Part shown: piece by piece, positions 10,351 to 20,493 of the stretch | Position numbering within the stretch: position 1 is the stretch's first letter | How the letters are laid out: every line of letters begins with the position of its first letter | IMG/VR virus record: IMGVR_UViG_3300035491_000180 | Coordinates: 1 to 40,556 of that record | Strand: one strand, 5' to 3' | Source of the DNA: a virus | Taxonomy: Duplodnaviria > Caudoviricetes | DNA: 40,556 nt | The notes under the pieces: generated by a model | Seen by the model: the letters and a program-made list of their open reading frames with translations, nothing else | Told to the model about the DNA's origin: nothing | Database searches by the model: none | Translations under genes and position numbers: made by a program

Positions 10351-10974
10351 CTATGCTGACGCGTAATCAGGATTGACTATTTCGTATTTTTCGGAAAACA
10401 GTTTCCGGACGTACGTCAAGTCATCTTCTGTTTTCTTACCTGGTTTGATTACTCGTACATCGCTGAGGTCAAACGGAATGCGGATCGCCGACACGTCAGT
10501 ACCCTCTGGCACTTCAAGATCAATCTTGACTGTGTCGACGTAATTGCCTTCGAGATCCTTGAACGCATCGACCTCAAGTTTCAGTTCAGTCCCTTCTACA
10601 GGGTAGATGAAACGGGTCTTGATCAACCCCTTTTCAATCATGGAACGAAACATGGTGAAAGTATCTTCAGATACCTCCATTTCGTTTTCCTGATTACCTT
10701 CATCTGTCTTCTTCTTCATGGTCTGCGTATAGACCACCTTCCCATCGGCTGATTCGGTACGACGCACGCGAATGTTACTGTACTTACCAATCGCCATACC
10801 CCACTGTTCCTGATGTTCGAAATCGCCGTGTTGTAGTAGACGATCAAACTCTTCCTTGTTAAGCTTGCCGTATATCTCATATTCCCGTTCAAGAACTGTG
10901 CCACCATCACCAACCAATGACTCTAACGAAGGAAGAGTGATGTATGCGAACAAGTTTTGCATAACCTGGTTCAT
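10351..10974 (-). CDS. CYTH-like (triphosphate tunnel metalloenzyme) protein
   Basis: EREYE (ExExK-like), RVRR, ENEMEV, IKTRF, EVDAF and IDLEV follow the CYTH motif order. Confidence 0.7.
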   Translation of the reverse strand: MNQVMQNLFAYITLPSLESLVGDGGTVLEREYEIYGKLNKEEFDRLLQHGDFEHQEQWGMAIGKYSNIRVRRTESADGKVVYTQTMKKKTDEGNQENEMEVSEDTFTMFRSMIEKGLIKTRFIYPVEGTELKLEVDAFKDLEGNYVDTVKIDLEVPEGTDVSAIRIPFDLSDVRVIKPGKKTEDDLTYVRKLFSEKYEIVNPDYASA

Positions 10975-10992
10975 GTTGTAACCTGCTATCAG

Positions 10993-11052
10993 AAAGAAAA
11001 AATAAAAAAAAAGACTTCACCATAGTAAATGGACGGGGCGTCCCCCGTCCAT
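10993..11052 (-). terminator. Hairpin plus T-tract after the RNAP operon
   Basis: ATGGACGGGG / CCCCGTCCAT (11029-11052) followed on the minus strand by long T runs. Confidence 0.65.
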
Positions 11053-11069
11053 CCACTGATGATCACTAC

Positions 11070-12968
11070 TTACGGCAGACAGATACCGACGATGTCACGC
11101 GCTCCAGCTTGCGCAACGAGTTCGAATACCATGTTGTCCGTAGTCATGATGTAAACACGACCGCCCAACGTATCCAGTTGGATACGGGTGTAGATACTAC
11201 GCAGCAGGTTAGCCAGCTTCGGCATCTGAGCCGGGTCAGGATAACGCACTTCCTTACCCACCATACCCAGATCACTGCTGTGGATATGGCAGTAGGCTAC
11301 CGTGACAGGCTTGAAAAGAATTGCCAGATCATTGCGGAACTGCATCAACGCGTCACTGTCAGATTCATACGCCGGCAACAGATCGAGGTTCTCCAGCTGT
11401 TCGGAGATGGAATCTCCTTCGATGATCTGAAGCGACGACACCATACCACGGGTACGTTGCAGGAACTGTGTACGGAAACCAGACCCACCCATGAGATCAA
11501 ATGTCTTGCAGTTGAGAAGATCCTGGAAGTCGGTAACAAAACTTTCGATACTCAGGTCAGCAATACCATACTGTTTATTCAGTACGTTATTCACCTCGGT
11601 GGTGTAGTGATCGTCAATGTAACGCATGATGTTCTCGGCAAGTGCACCAGATGCGTTGTTCAGACGATGGCTGAGGATCAGAAGATCCGACCCATTATCA
11701 TTGATAGTGACGGCAATGGATTTCAGAGTCTCATTACTCTCATCATCCGACGGCAACACCGTATTGAGGATAGCTGGTACAATCAGAATATCCTCATCGT
11801 TATCAACCGCCGCCGCTGCAGCTGTCAGGGTAGCTTCTTCCAGCTTGGATACGCTCGGAATCGGATCAATTGTCTTCATCGAAGCCAGCTTCAATTCATC
11901 CAACATCACCGTCCGTACCACCGACCGTTTCACCTTGTTCAACAGCTCACTGCGATCCGGTACATCCAGATCCAATGCATCAGTCAACGGATCGTATTCT
12001 TCGCGCGCCGGACCAGCTGGTCGCATGTGTGGTCGATTCAGCTCACGGATTTCATGAGCCGATTGATTGAGATCATCAGTCATCTCGACAAACTCCTCTC
12101 GAATTGTCCCATCTTCACTACGAACAAGGAAACACACTTCCTCGTCGGGATTGTACATACGACGACCTTTCTGACGTGCTGAGGCACGCCATGTCCAGTC
12201 AGACTTATGTGCTACCTGCCAATGCTCACCATCCTGCCAAAAGTCGAACGGTGTATCATCGCCGCGCCGGTCGGTAAACTCTTCGTTACGTGGGTGTCGA
12301 ACCGGTTCTTCACGCTGGCTACGCGAGACGTCACGACCCCGAGGAACATATTCTTCCCTCTGACTGGATCCGGATTGACGGGTTTCGATCTGACTGAATA
12401 CCCCGTTGCGACGAGTAGTCATACCGCCACCAGCGACTTCGACGTCATGGCGGTCGTCACGCATAACCAATCCACCACGACGCCCATCGTCTCGACCACC
12501 ACGACCCCGATCACGTCCACGGGAATTGCTGCGGCGATTATTGAAATCGTCTCGTGAGCGACCACGCAGACCGGATCCGGCCTGACGATTACGTCCACGG
12601 GAACGACCATCCAGTTCATCCAGGATGTCTTCCCATTCGATGGCCAGTTTCTTCATCTGACTGAAAGTAGCGTCATCCAGCTCATCACTGATACGCTTGT
12701 CAGAGAAACAGAACATGGCACAATGACGATCGACCATGTTACACACGGTATTGTTGATGATACGTTCGTCTTCACGCTCACTGCGACTAGAGCGCAGTGC
12801 TTCATCGACGATCAGTGAAATAATATCTACCAGTTCAGCAACGTGGTTGTTGTTGTACTGGCTCCGACTCATGGCATTCGCGTATTCTTCGCGCGCCATG
12901 TTGCGAGGGGCGTTATCTTCGATGTAGTCGCAGACAGCATCGTAGATGTAGTTGACAAGGTTGCTCAT
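11070..12968 (-). CDS. Conserved hypothetical protein with RG/RGG-rich disordered region
   Basis: 632 aa, RBS GGAG; RGRSRGR...RGRDRGRGGRDDGRRGG tract; directly downstream of the nvRNAP subunit. Confidence 0.8.
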   Translation of the reverse strand: MSNLVNYIYDAVCDYIEDNAPRNMAREEYANAMSRSQYNNNHVAELVDIISLIVDEALRSSRSEREDERIINNTVCNMVDRHCAMFCFSDKRISDELDDATFSQMKKLAIEWEDILDELDGRSRGRNRQAGSGLRGRSRDDFNNRRSNSRGRDRGRGGRDDGRRGGLVMRDDRHDVEVAGGGMTTRRNGVFSQIETRQSGSSQREEYVPRGRDVSRSQREEPVRHPRNEEFTDRRGDDTPFDFWQDGEHWQVAHKSDWTWRASARQKGRRMYNPDEEVCFLVRSEDGTIREEFVEMTDDLNQSAHEIRELNRPHMRPAGPAREEYDPLTDALDLDVPDRSELLNKVKRSVVRTVMLDELKLASMKTIDPIPSVSKLEEATLTAAAAAVDNDEDILIVPAILNTVLPSDDESNETLKSIAVTINDNGSDLLILSHRLNNASGALAENIMRYIDDHYTTEVNNVLNKQYGIADLSIESFVTDFQDLLNCKTFDLMGGSGFRTQFLQRTRGMVSSLQIIEGDSISEQLENLDLLPAYESDSDALMQFRNDLAILFKPVTVAYCHIHSSDLGMVGKEVRYPDPAQMPKLANLLRSIYTRIQLDTLGGRVYIMTTDNMVFELVAQAGARDIVGICLP

Positions 12969-12985
12969 ATTTGCTCCAGCTGGAA

Positions 12986-14632
12986 TTAAATGCGTTGAAT
13001 CAGACGTTGTACACCGTCTAACAGCTCTTTGAACTCTTCAGGTTCCTGAGTCACGTGACCAGGTCCTAATTTGATACATGGATTGAACGTGTTGTTACCA
13101 ATCGGATTGGATTTGCGTAATACCCCAAACCCGGTGACCGCTGAAAACGATGCATCGAGATACTGAGTGGGTCCAATCGGTTTGGCGTCTTGGCTTTTGC
13201 CTCGACCATGGGTATCACCCTGTTGAACAATGGTAGAGGTGATCTTGAAGAACATGTTGTCACTGGGACTGGAGATCGAACTGACTTCAGGGTGTTCAGA
13301 GGCATTATTGATACCATGAATCAACCAGGGATTGAAATACTTACGCAGGAGTTCCTGGTAGTCTTTTTCAGTCAATTCCTTACGGGTATTGCCAGTAATG
13401 GCGAACAGGAACTCGAAGATGTTGTTGTTGATATTGCGCAGTAGATACCGAAGGACTTCGAGACGTTTGTTATACAGACACGCCTCTTTACCTCGTCGAC
13501 TATCCAACATGTTCTGCATCTCACGCATGATGTAGGCCATCAAATCGTAAAGATCTGCACAATTCACATCTACTTCCCGAAGGGTCTTGATAGTTTCCAG
13601 GTCAACGTAACTATCAAGCGATTTCAGGTGCTGTTCAATTTCACCAACCAACTTACCGTAATTTTCACTCTCACCCCAGAGAATGAACGCCATCGTCACC
13701 TTCCAGTTCCACGTATCCTCCAATTCCTCGGGAGAATGCATTAGGTCTGGGAAGTGATCCACCACGTAGAAGAACCCGGTAGCAAAACTGCTAGCTAGAT
13801 CCGACCACGCACCCCGATCCACCAACATCATCAGGTTTGATGCAATGGATTCATAGGGCCGGCGTTGATTCACACCACGTGGCATTCTGCGGGTAGAGGT
13901 AATCTTCACCCAGAAATCCGGATGATAGTCTTCCTCGTTATAATCATCTCGATGGATGATGATTGGTCTGGTCCCCGTGAATCGTTCGAATGCACCATAC
14001 AAACCAAACCGACAGAACAAGTAATGTGGCAGTGACGTGTAGACATGACCCAGACGAATCAGATCACTGCGATTACGTGTCTTCTTGTTGTGTAACTGCG
14101 AATACACCACCTGATTGTTTACACGTTGCCCATCGATGACGACCGTATACGCCTCTCGATTGAATGAAATAGGTGCTCTCGGAATCCGGATGAACACACT
14201 GTTCTCTTCAATCTCAAAAGCAATATCACCCATCACCGGCGCAATAGCAAATTGCTTACCTGAGATGGTAATGATACCCGCCTGCTGTACGTAAGGCAGA
14301 TACATGTATACTGGGTCCAGTTCCTTGCCTTTGAATCGGAAACGGTACTTTACCAGATAGACGTCACTATGAGCGATGTCATGCACCCGGTTACTCCCTG
14401 AACGCATACGCGGTCTGGGTTTGGTGATGACGTGATAGGTCTCCAGTGGCGAACAGCACTCACTTCCGATATATTCGAACCCTTCCGGATACTGGGGTTC
14501 ACCACACCGAATACGTGCATCCACGTAGTCTTTTGCCAGCGGTACATCGACACATGCGATCCCTCGAATCACATCCTCGTTGAACTCTGGAACTTGGGTA
14601 CGGTGAATATAATCGAATAGTGCGGAGTCCAT
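12986..14632 (-). CDS. Non-virion RNA polymerase beta subunit, N-terminal part (phiKZ gp123-like)
   Basis: 548 aa. YLPYV..AGIITISG and the late KSNPIG..FNP motif, plus location near MCP, match the recalled split beta subunit. Confidence 0.8.
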   Translation of the reverse strand: MDSALFDYIHRTQVPEFNEDVIRGIACVDVPLAKDYVDARIRCGEPQYPEGFEYIGSECCSPLETYHVITKPRPRMRSGSNRVHDIAHSDVYLVKYRFRFKGKELDPVYMYLPYVQQAGIITISGKQFAIAPVMGDIAFEIEENSVFIRIPRAPISFNREAYTVVIDGQRVNNQVVYSQLHNKKTRNRSDLIRLGHVYTSLPHYLFCRFGLYGAFERFTGTRPIIIHRDDYNEEDYHPDFWVKITSTRRMPRGVNQRRPYESIASNLMMLVDRGAWSDLASSFATGFFYVVDHFPDLMHSPEELEDTWNWKVTMAFILWGESENYGKLVGEIEQHLKSLDSYVDLETIKTLREVDVNCADLYDLMAYIMREMQNMLDSRRGKEACLYNKRLEVLRYLLRNINNNIFEFLFAITGNTRKELTEKDYQELLRKYFNPWLIHGINNASEHPEVSSISSPSDNMFFKITSTIVQQGDTHGRGKSQDAKPIGPTQYLDASFSAVTGFGVLRKSNPIGNNTFNPCIKLGPGHVTQEPEEFKELLDGVQRLIQRI

Positions 14633-14644
14633 ATGCTATCCTTC

Positions 14645-15769
14645 TTACGATTTTGTGGTTAACTTCACAATGATCCCGTAGACAGTAATGAGTGCCCCCA
14701 GGATCGCAGCGCCTGTCTTAGCCCACTCGACATAGTTGCGTCGTTTACTCGCAGCCAGGTCTTGTTCAGCTTTATGACGCGCTCCTTCGTTACGCAATCG
14801 AATCAGCTCAGCCTCATCTTCGATCTGACTCCCACGAATCTCTGACTCACGTAACCGCTTTATCACGGCATCACGTTCCAGGATCGTCTTAGCCATATCG
14901 GTGATAGGACCGCCCTTAATAGCATCTTCGACTGTTCGATGCAGTCCGAACTTGTCATCCGCTTCTTCAAACGTATAACTTCGATGGACTACACCCCTCG
15001 TCATCTCTCCATCCTTGAGTGGTGATCGAGATACTACATGAACGCCTGTATCATACCCTAGATCCCGTTCAATCGGGATCGTGTGGATGTCGCCACCTAG
15101 ATTGATGTAGCGCGTACCACGCTGGGTCTGATGTGCGTTGTCCACTGCCTTGATCATGAATACCAATGTGTCGGTACCCACGCCAGGAACCAATGCATGT
15201 AAGGTCGATTCATCACGTTTAATCTTGTCAAACGGATGGACTGCACCATGATCGGCTACCCATTCTACCAGCAGATCCACATCCGGCATATAGCAACGCC
15301 CTCCGGCGTCACAAATGTCCCTGTGGTAGATCACATATTCCACACTGGCTGTCAGGATAGCCAGGTTGGCATTATACAGTGCTGCCTCGTATGCCCTGAT
15401 CCAATAATGGGTCTCAGGATCATCTGGATTGGGGCGGCACTTCATTGCATCGAGAGCACGCTCCATAGTGACTCGAGGCATAGTGTGACTGATACAGACA
15501 ATGAATTGGTCACCATTGTAGTCACTCAGAGGTGGAATAACAATAGGTGTACCGTGTCTGGACGTGACTACAACGTCACGTTCGAAATAGTTGAAATAGC
15601 TCACGGTCACGATCGGTGCGCCGCGAATACCTTTCTCATGGGTTTGACTAGCCAGACGAATCCGACTAGCGCCTCGCTGCTGGTAAGGAAGAGGTCCTTT
15701 TGCAACAGGTTGTTGGCTGCGGGTACTATTAAAAGAGTCAATTCTGTCGATGCGAGGATATTCGCCCAT
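14645..15769 (-). CDS. Conserved jumbo-phage protein with coiled coil and C-terminal hydrophobic helix (gp122-like)
   Basis: Likely start ATG 15769, because the longer ORF runs through the promoter leader. C-terminus WAKTGAAILGALITVYGIIVKL; lies between MCP and RNAP subunit. Confidence 0.7.
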   Translation of the reverse strand: MGEYPRIDRIDSFNSTRSQQPVAKGPLPYQQRGASRIRLASQTHEKGIRGAPIVTVSYFNYFERDVVVTSRHGTPIVIPPLSDYNGDQFIVCISHTMPRVTMERALDAMKCRPNPDDPETHYWIRAYEAALYNANLAILTASVEYVIYHRDICDAGGRCYMPDVDLLVEWVADHGAVHPFDKIKRDESTLHALVPGVGTDTLVFMIKAVDNAHQTQRGTRYINLGGDIHTIPIERDLGYDTGVHVVSRSPLKDGEMTRGVVHRSYTFEEADDKFGLHRTVEDAIKGGPITDMAKTILERDAVIKRLRESEIRGSQIEDEAELIRLRNEGARHKAEQDLAASKRRNYVEWAKTGAAILGALITVYGIIVKLTTKS

Positions 15770-15865
15770 ATATAGCACCATCATTTTTAAAATAACACGA
15801 CAACACAGCAAAGTCACTATGTTATAAAAAAACACGGCAACTTTACTATCGCCGGTGATCACGTA

Positions 15866-15893
15866 GATAATGTATTGCTTTAACAGACTCGAA
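15866..15893 (-). promoter_or_regulatory. Putative phage-RNAP promoter, copy 1
   Basis: TTCGAGTC-N8-CAATACATTATC; both elements and spacing identical to the copy at 26571-26598. Confidence 0.7.
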
Positions 15894-15918
15894 CAGAATA
15901 GAAATATTTCAAGACGGC

Positions 15919-15952
15919 AAAAATAAAGATAGGGACCCGAAGGTCCCTATCT
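15919..15952 (-). terminator. MCP terminator
   Basis: AGATAGGGACC-TTCG-GGTCCCTATCT-TTATTTTT with a cUUCGg tetraloop. Confidence 0.9.
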
Positions 15953-15977
15953 ACAGTTCAACGCTAACCCTTACGGA

Positions 15978-18215
15978 TTAGGGTTGAGTACCAGTGCCGG
16001 TATCTCCGCCGGTATCAGTCCCGCCAGTGGTGTCACCACCGGTGGTGTCGTCGGTTCCTGCTGCACCGGGAAAGGTACTGACAGGAATCTGCCAGCCCTC
16101 CGACAGTACTTCATCCAGGCCGATCACATTGATCTTACCGAAGATCGGCAGATGGTTGACGTGGCGGTTACGCGGCTGCACCATGGCTTCGCGAATCTGG
16201 GTCTCGTCACGCGATACGTTCACGTGGGAGATCAGCTCCGGAATCCAGAAGTGGGTACCGCAGTTCAGCGGGTCCAGGCCTTCGGTGGCGCGAGTGAAGG
16301 TCCAGTACACAGTGTTGCGTACACGCTGATCGACAGTGGTGACTTTCTCGTAATCGAGATCGTCGCCCAGGGCACGTGCGTCGCCTTCCTTCAGGATGTA
16401 GGAAGCGGTCTTCGGATCGGAACCGATCAGGACCTTGACGCGTTCGCCGTTGTAGCCGGTGTAGGCATCCAGAGCGGTCTTGTAGTTCGATTCCAGCAGC
16501 GCATCCTGAATGTCGTTACGCAGAACGTTGGTCAGGGCAGCTTGGACGTCTTGTACGCGCTCGAAGCTACGCAGGCTGACGACCAGATCGCGCAGATCCA
16601 GGTTACGCTCACGGAACCACGGCATGACCAGGAAGCGAGCGATACCTTCTACCTCAGGCAGCAGGTCGTCGGAACCGGAACCAGCCTGGTTCAGGAACGC
16701 CCAGCGGGCCAGACCGTCGGTGAAACGGATCAGGCTGGTGATGGCGTTGTTGTCGTTACGCAGGCGCGCAGCGGTGACCAGCAGGTCGATGTCAGCCATG
16801 CCACGGGCTTCAGCCAGCGGGCTCGGAATGGACAGCGGGCTACCCAGCATGACCGGATAACGTTCGGTGTACTCAGAGCTGTTCAGCTGCAGGCCGCGCA
16901 GACGACGGTTGGCGTTGGACAGACGAGCATCCGGTTCCCAACCAATGATGGTCAGATCGGCCAGAGCATCGGCGATGTCTTTACCAGCACCCGGCTCGGT
17001 CAGAGACAGGCTTTCACCGGCAGAGTTGATAACCTTCTCAACGGTGACCGGAGCGGCCATCAGAGTAGCGTTACCTTTCTCGGTATCGACGTTACCGGTA
17101 GCGGTAACAGCCAGGGTCACCTTGTAACCACCGGAAACGATCTGCTGCAGAACGGCGTTGGTCAGGGCTTCGCCCTTGTAGTTGACCGACTTGGAGTTCA
17201 GCTGGATGGAGCTGGAGCGGAAGTTCAGTTCCAGTTCACGAGCCAGGCCTTGGTTGCCCTTGATGAACTTGGCGCGCGGCAGGTTTTCGATGTCCAGCTT
17301 GATGACGTCTTCATCAGCCAGCTGCATGTACAGGGCTTTCACGCCAACAGAACGATCCAGGGAATCGGTCTGGTTCGCTTGACCGGCGATCTGTACCAGA
17401 GTGTTCTGAGCCAGGCCAACCAGGTTAACGCGCTTGCCAACCAGCAGCGGAGCGGTGGTAACGGTACGGTTGCCCAGATCGACAGCACGCGGCTCAACAG
17501 TGGCAGCGGCAACGAACAGGTCTTGGTTACCACTGTGGCGCTCGGGCACCAGGGTGGTGGATTGATCGTTCAGGATCTTGTGGTTGATGGCAGCTTCCAG
17601 CAGGCGGCGCTGTTTGAAATCGGCGTGATCGCCACGGGTGTTGTGCAGGAAGTGGTTCAGAACCAGGTGGCTGCGGATGGTAACATCGGCACCGCCGGTT
17701 TCAGGAGTCAGAATGACGGTGCGGTAGAACGCTTCAGCAAACTCGCCTTGTTTGGCGGCTTTCTGGTTGTACACCATGGACATGCCGATGAAATCGGTCA
17801 GGTTGCTGTTGTCGAAGGCTTCCATCGACGGAGCAGCTTTGTCCAGGAAGTCGTAGTCGCCCATGGATTCGATGGATACGACAGCACCAACTTCGGGAGC
17901 AGCGGATACACCAGCACCCAGAGCACGACGAGCGTAGCTGGCCGGATCAGCAGAAGCCATGGCAACAACGGCCATCGCGTCTTTCTGAGCAACGGACAGT
18001 TCGCCATCGGCGACTTCACCCAGGCTTTCCAGAGAGACACTGAAAGATTCCATGCTGGCAAACAGGTTTTCCTGATCCAGGGCCGACAGGGATTCCATGG
18101 AGGCGATAGCGGGGTTACCGACTACGACACCGTTCTTGTAATTCGCTTGCAGGGCAACTGCCTGCGCGTTCAGTCGCTCACGAGCTGACTGAGCTTGTTT
18201 TCCGATAACACTCAT
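15978..18215 (-). CDS. Major capsid protein (phiKZ gp120-like)
   Basis: 745 aa from ATG 18215 (GGAG RBS). Strong codon bias; propeptide with repeated S-M/L/I-E sites ending PSME|AFD; FAEAFYRTV and VQPRNRHVNHLP motifs. Confidence 0.92.
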   Translation of the reverse strand: MSVIGKQAQSARERLNAQAVALQANYKNGVVVGNPAIASMESLSALDQENLFASMESFSVSLESLGEVADGELSVAQKDAMAVVAMASADPASYARRALGAGVSAAPEVGAVVSIESMGDYDFLDKAAPSMEAFDNSNLTDFIGMSMVYNQKAAKQGEFAEAFYRTVILTPETGGADVTIRSHLVLNHFLHNTRGDHADFKQRRLLEAAINHKILNDQSTTLVPERHSGNQDLFVAAATVEPRAVDLGNRTVTTAPLLVGKRVNLVGLAQNTLVQIAGQANQTDSLDRSVGVKALYMQLADEDVIKLDIENLPRAKFIKGNQGLARELELNFRSSSIQLNSKSVNYKGEALTNAVLQQIVSGGYKVTLAVTATGNVDTEKGNATLMAAPVTVEKVINSAGESLSLTEPGAGKDIADALADLTIIGWEPDARLSNANRRLRGLQLNSSEYTERYPVMLGSPLSIPSPLAEARGMADIDLLVTAARLRNDNNAITSLIRFTDGLARWAFLNQAGSGSDDLLPEVEGIARFLVMPWFRERNLDLRDLVVSLRSFERVQDVQAALTNVLRNDIQDALLESNYKTALDAYTGYNGERVKVLIGSDPKTASYILKEGDARALGDDLDYEKVTTVDQRVRNTVYWTFTRATEGLDPLNCGTHFWIPELISHVNVSRDETQIREAMVQPRNRHVNHLPIFGKINVIGLDEVLSEGWQIPVSTFPGAAGTDDTTGGDTTGGTDTGGDTGTGTQP

Positions 18216-18369
18216 CTTTATTCTCCGCGAAGAAAAATGCAACAACGTTGTTGCGGTTTTGCACCAAGCCAAGGGATTATTCCGGTGTCCCTTAGTCTAG
18301 ACGCATGGTTTTGCATACCATTGCAGAAATCTACAATAGTCGCTCAATAGAATATACCGTAGGTAATGT

Positions 18370-18861
18370 TCAAATCAGTTCTACGTACTCTTTGAAGATA
18401 GAGCACTTGGCAGCATTCTGAAGCCCAAGACGACCGATCAGGACCTTACCCAGCTGTTTAATCACCGATACTTCTTCTTCCTCACCACCACCAATGAAGA
18501 TACCGATGGTATTACGGTCAATCAGTCGGACGTCGACACTACCATAACCTTTAAAGGTGCTGGTAGAACCCACCGCCAAGGTATCGATGTTGGCGTCACG
18601 TAAGGTGAAAATACTATCACCCTCTGGCGCTGGAATGGGTGAGGTGAAGTCGTTCAATACGACATCGTCATGACCAGATAGACGCTTGATCATCTGGTTT
18701 CGGCGGTCTGGAAGGTTGATGGTCTGGTAAATAAGAAGATCTCTGCTCGATAGTATGCCGCACAACTTTTCGTAATCAGCAAAGTCTTCATCGACCAGCC
18801 CGAGCTCCTTCTTAATGAGGTTGAGCCATTGTGGGATGATGACTACGTTGAGACAATTCAT
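18370..18861 (-). CDS. Conserved protein upstream of MCP (gp119-like, probable head protein)
   Basis: 163 aa; position between helicase and MCP as in phiKZ-like phages. Confidence 0.65.
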   Translation of the reverse strand: MNCLNVVIIPQWLNLIKKELGLVDEDFADYEKLCGILSSRDLLIYQTINLPDRRNQMIKRLSGHDDVVLNDFTSPIPAPEGDSIFTLRDANIDTLAVGSTSTFKGYGSVDVRLIDRNTIGIFIGGGEEEEVSVIKQLGKVLIGRLGLQNAAKCSIFKEYVELI

Positions 18862-18900
18862 CGGATTATTACCCTCGCGTAATGCAGTTAAGGCTTATCA

Positions 18901-20454
18901 ATGGACATCAAGCTATTTCTCGTCAAGTCAATATCACTCATTTATCTGGAGAGTCAAGTTCCTGAGTTCAAATCAGGTAACCGAACACTCATTCGTGAAT
19001 TGCTGGCCGATATAAAGCTATCTGACAGTAGCGCCATTATCGGCGATGGACATAACACGCTAGTCAATCTGCGTGAGACGTTGCTCTGGATGTTGAACAA
19101 CGGTGAGTCACAGGAATATGAAGCAGATTCGCTTCTGCAACGTTTGAGACTCAATGCTCAGCACGACGATGTCACATATAAAGCACTGGAGAAGACCATC
19201 CGTAAGTATCCGGATGAAGAACTCGTAAGACGCCATATCAATGATATATCGAGGGAATTGCGTCGTTATAAGAGTCGTGAAAAGCTTCAGGAAGCGATCA
19301 AGAAAGCATCGTACACAATCAGTTTCAAAGAAGCTGAGATCGAGGACTGGGATGGTTTTATTCTCAACACAGTGCAGAGTCTTCTATCGATTGATATGGA
19401 GACTGAGGAGCGCGTTGACCCAGCATTTATTACCAGTGTTGACTTCAACAACCGTGATTCGGTACTCCGTGCATTTGACAGCATGAACCAATCACTTAGC
19501 CGTGACGGTATTATCCATTTCCCATGGAAAGGACTGAACCGTATGCTGGGTGTCCAGGACGGCGGTCGTCGTGGTGAATTTGGACTGGTCAATGCGTTGC
19601 CGCACAATAACAAATCGGGTGTTTTACTCGATATGTTGATCGGAACTGCTATTTTCAACGACCCATTCTTATTCGACAAGACCAAGAAACCGCTGATAAC
19701 GTTCTATAGTACTGAAGACGATATCCCGGTCATTATTCAGAAGATCTACGTGGTCTTGAAACAATTAGAGGTAGGGACACCCATCTCCATCAAAGGTCTG
19801 TCTAGTGAGGAGATGACAGATTTCGTTATGGAGCGATTGCAGTCACGTGGATGGGTTGTAGAACTTCACCGAATTAAGGGCTCTGCCTTCACCTACGCTA
19901 AATACATAAAACACCTGGAAGCATATAAAGCCAAGGGTTATGAAGTATGTGTGTCTATCATTGACTATCTTGCCATGTTCAGTAAGGAGGGTTGTGCTCA
20001 AGGATCTACAGGTGACGACCTACAAGATCTATATAAGCGCATACGGGAGTATACTGCACCAGAACGTATTCTTCAGATTACTGCTCACCAATTATCCACT
20101 CAGGCCAAAGAGGAGAAACGGATGAACCCAACCAGGTTCATTCACGACATGCCTGGCGGTGGGTACTATCAGGGCTGTAAGAAACTTGATACTGAACTTG
20201 ACTGGGAATTCTACCTCAATAAGCAGGTAACCAACTCAGGAGCTTATTTGGAATTCCTCTGGGGTAAACACCGTGGTGTAGTAGAACCAACCCCAGAATC
20301 CCACAAGTACTTCGTCTACAAGTTCAATGAAAGTCCGATGTATGGTCTGCCTTATGACTATCATCTGGATGAAGATTTGAGCTGTAAGACAGTAGGTGGT
20401 AGAAGCAATGCCGCAGGTGGTGGTTCTGCCTGGGATGATCTTGACGCTATGTAA
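18901..20454 (+). CDS. DnaB-like replicative helicase (phiKZ gp118-like)
   Basis: RRGE..VNALPHNNKSG (divergent Walker A), STED, IIDYL (Walker B), TAHQLS, GKHRG. Confidence 0.88.
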   Translation: MDIKLFLVKSISLIYLESQVPEFKSGNRTLIRELLADIKLSDSSAIIGDGHNTLVNLRETLLWMLNNGESQEYEADSLLQRLRLNAQHDDVTYKALEKTIRKYPDEELVRRHINDISRELRRYKSREKLQEAIKKASYTISFKEAEIEDWDGFILNTVQSLLSIDMETEERVDPAFITSVDFNNRDSVLRAFDSMNQSLSRDGIIHFPWKGLNRMLGVQDGGRRGEFGLVNALPHNNKSGVLLDMLIGTAIFNDPFLFDKTKKPLITFYSTEDDIPVIIQKIYVVLKQLEVGTPISIKGLSSEEMTDFVMERLQSRGWVVELHRIKGSAFTYAKYIKHLEAYKAKGYEVCVSIIDYLAMFSKEGCAQGSTGDDLQDLYKRIREYTAPERILQITAHQLSTQAKEEKRMNPTRFIHDMPGGGYYQGCKKLDTELDWEFYLNKQVTNSGAYLEFLWGKHRGVVEPTPESHKYFVYKFNESPMYGLPYDYHLDEDLSCKTVGGRSNAAGGGSAWDDLDAM

Positions 20455-20458
20455 TGGA

Positions 20459-20490
20459 CATAGAGAGGAGGGATGTCCCTCCTCTCTATG
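20459..20490. terminator. Bidirectional hairpin between convergent genes
   Basis: CATAGAGAGGAGGGA-tg-TCCCTCCTCTCTATG. Confidence 0.8.
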
Positions 20491-20493
20491 CTG

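Noticed and set aside
11109-12182. 357-aa antisense ORF, and similar ones inside nrdA, nrdB and portal
   Set aside because: Fully nested opposite well-supported genes, with no independent signals.
15984-18188. 734-aa plus-strand ORF antisense to MCP
   Set aside because: Shadow ORF caused by strong codon bias in MCP (few TTA/CTA/TCA codons); no RBS and no recognisable motifs.
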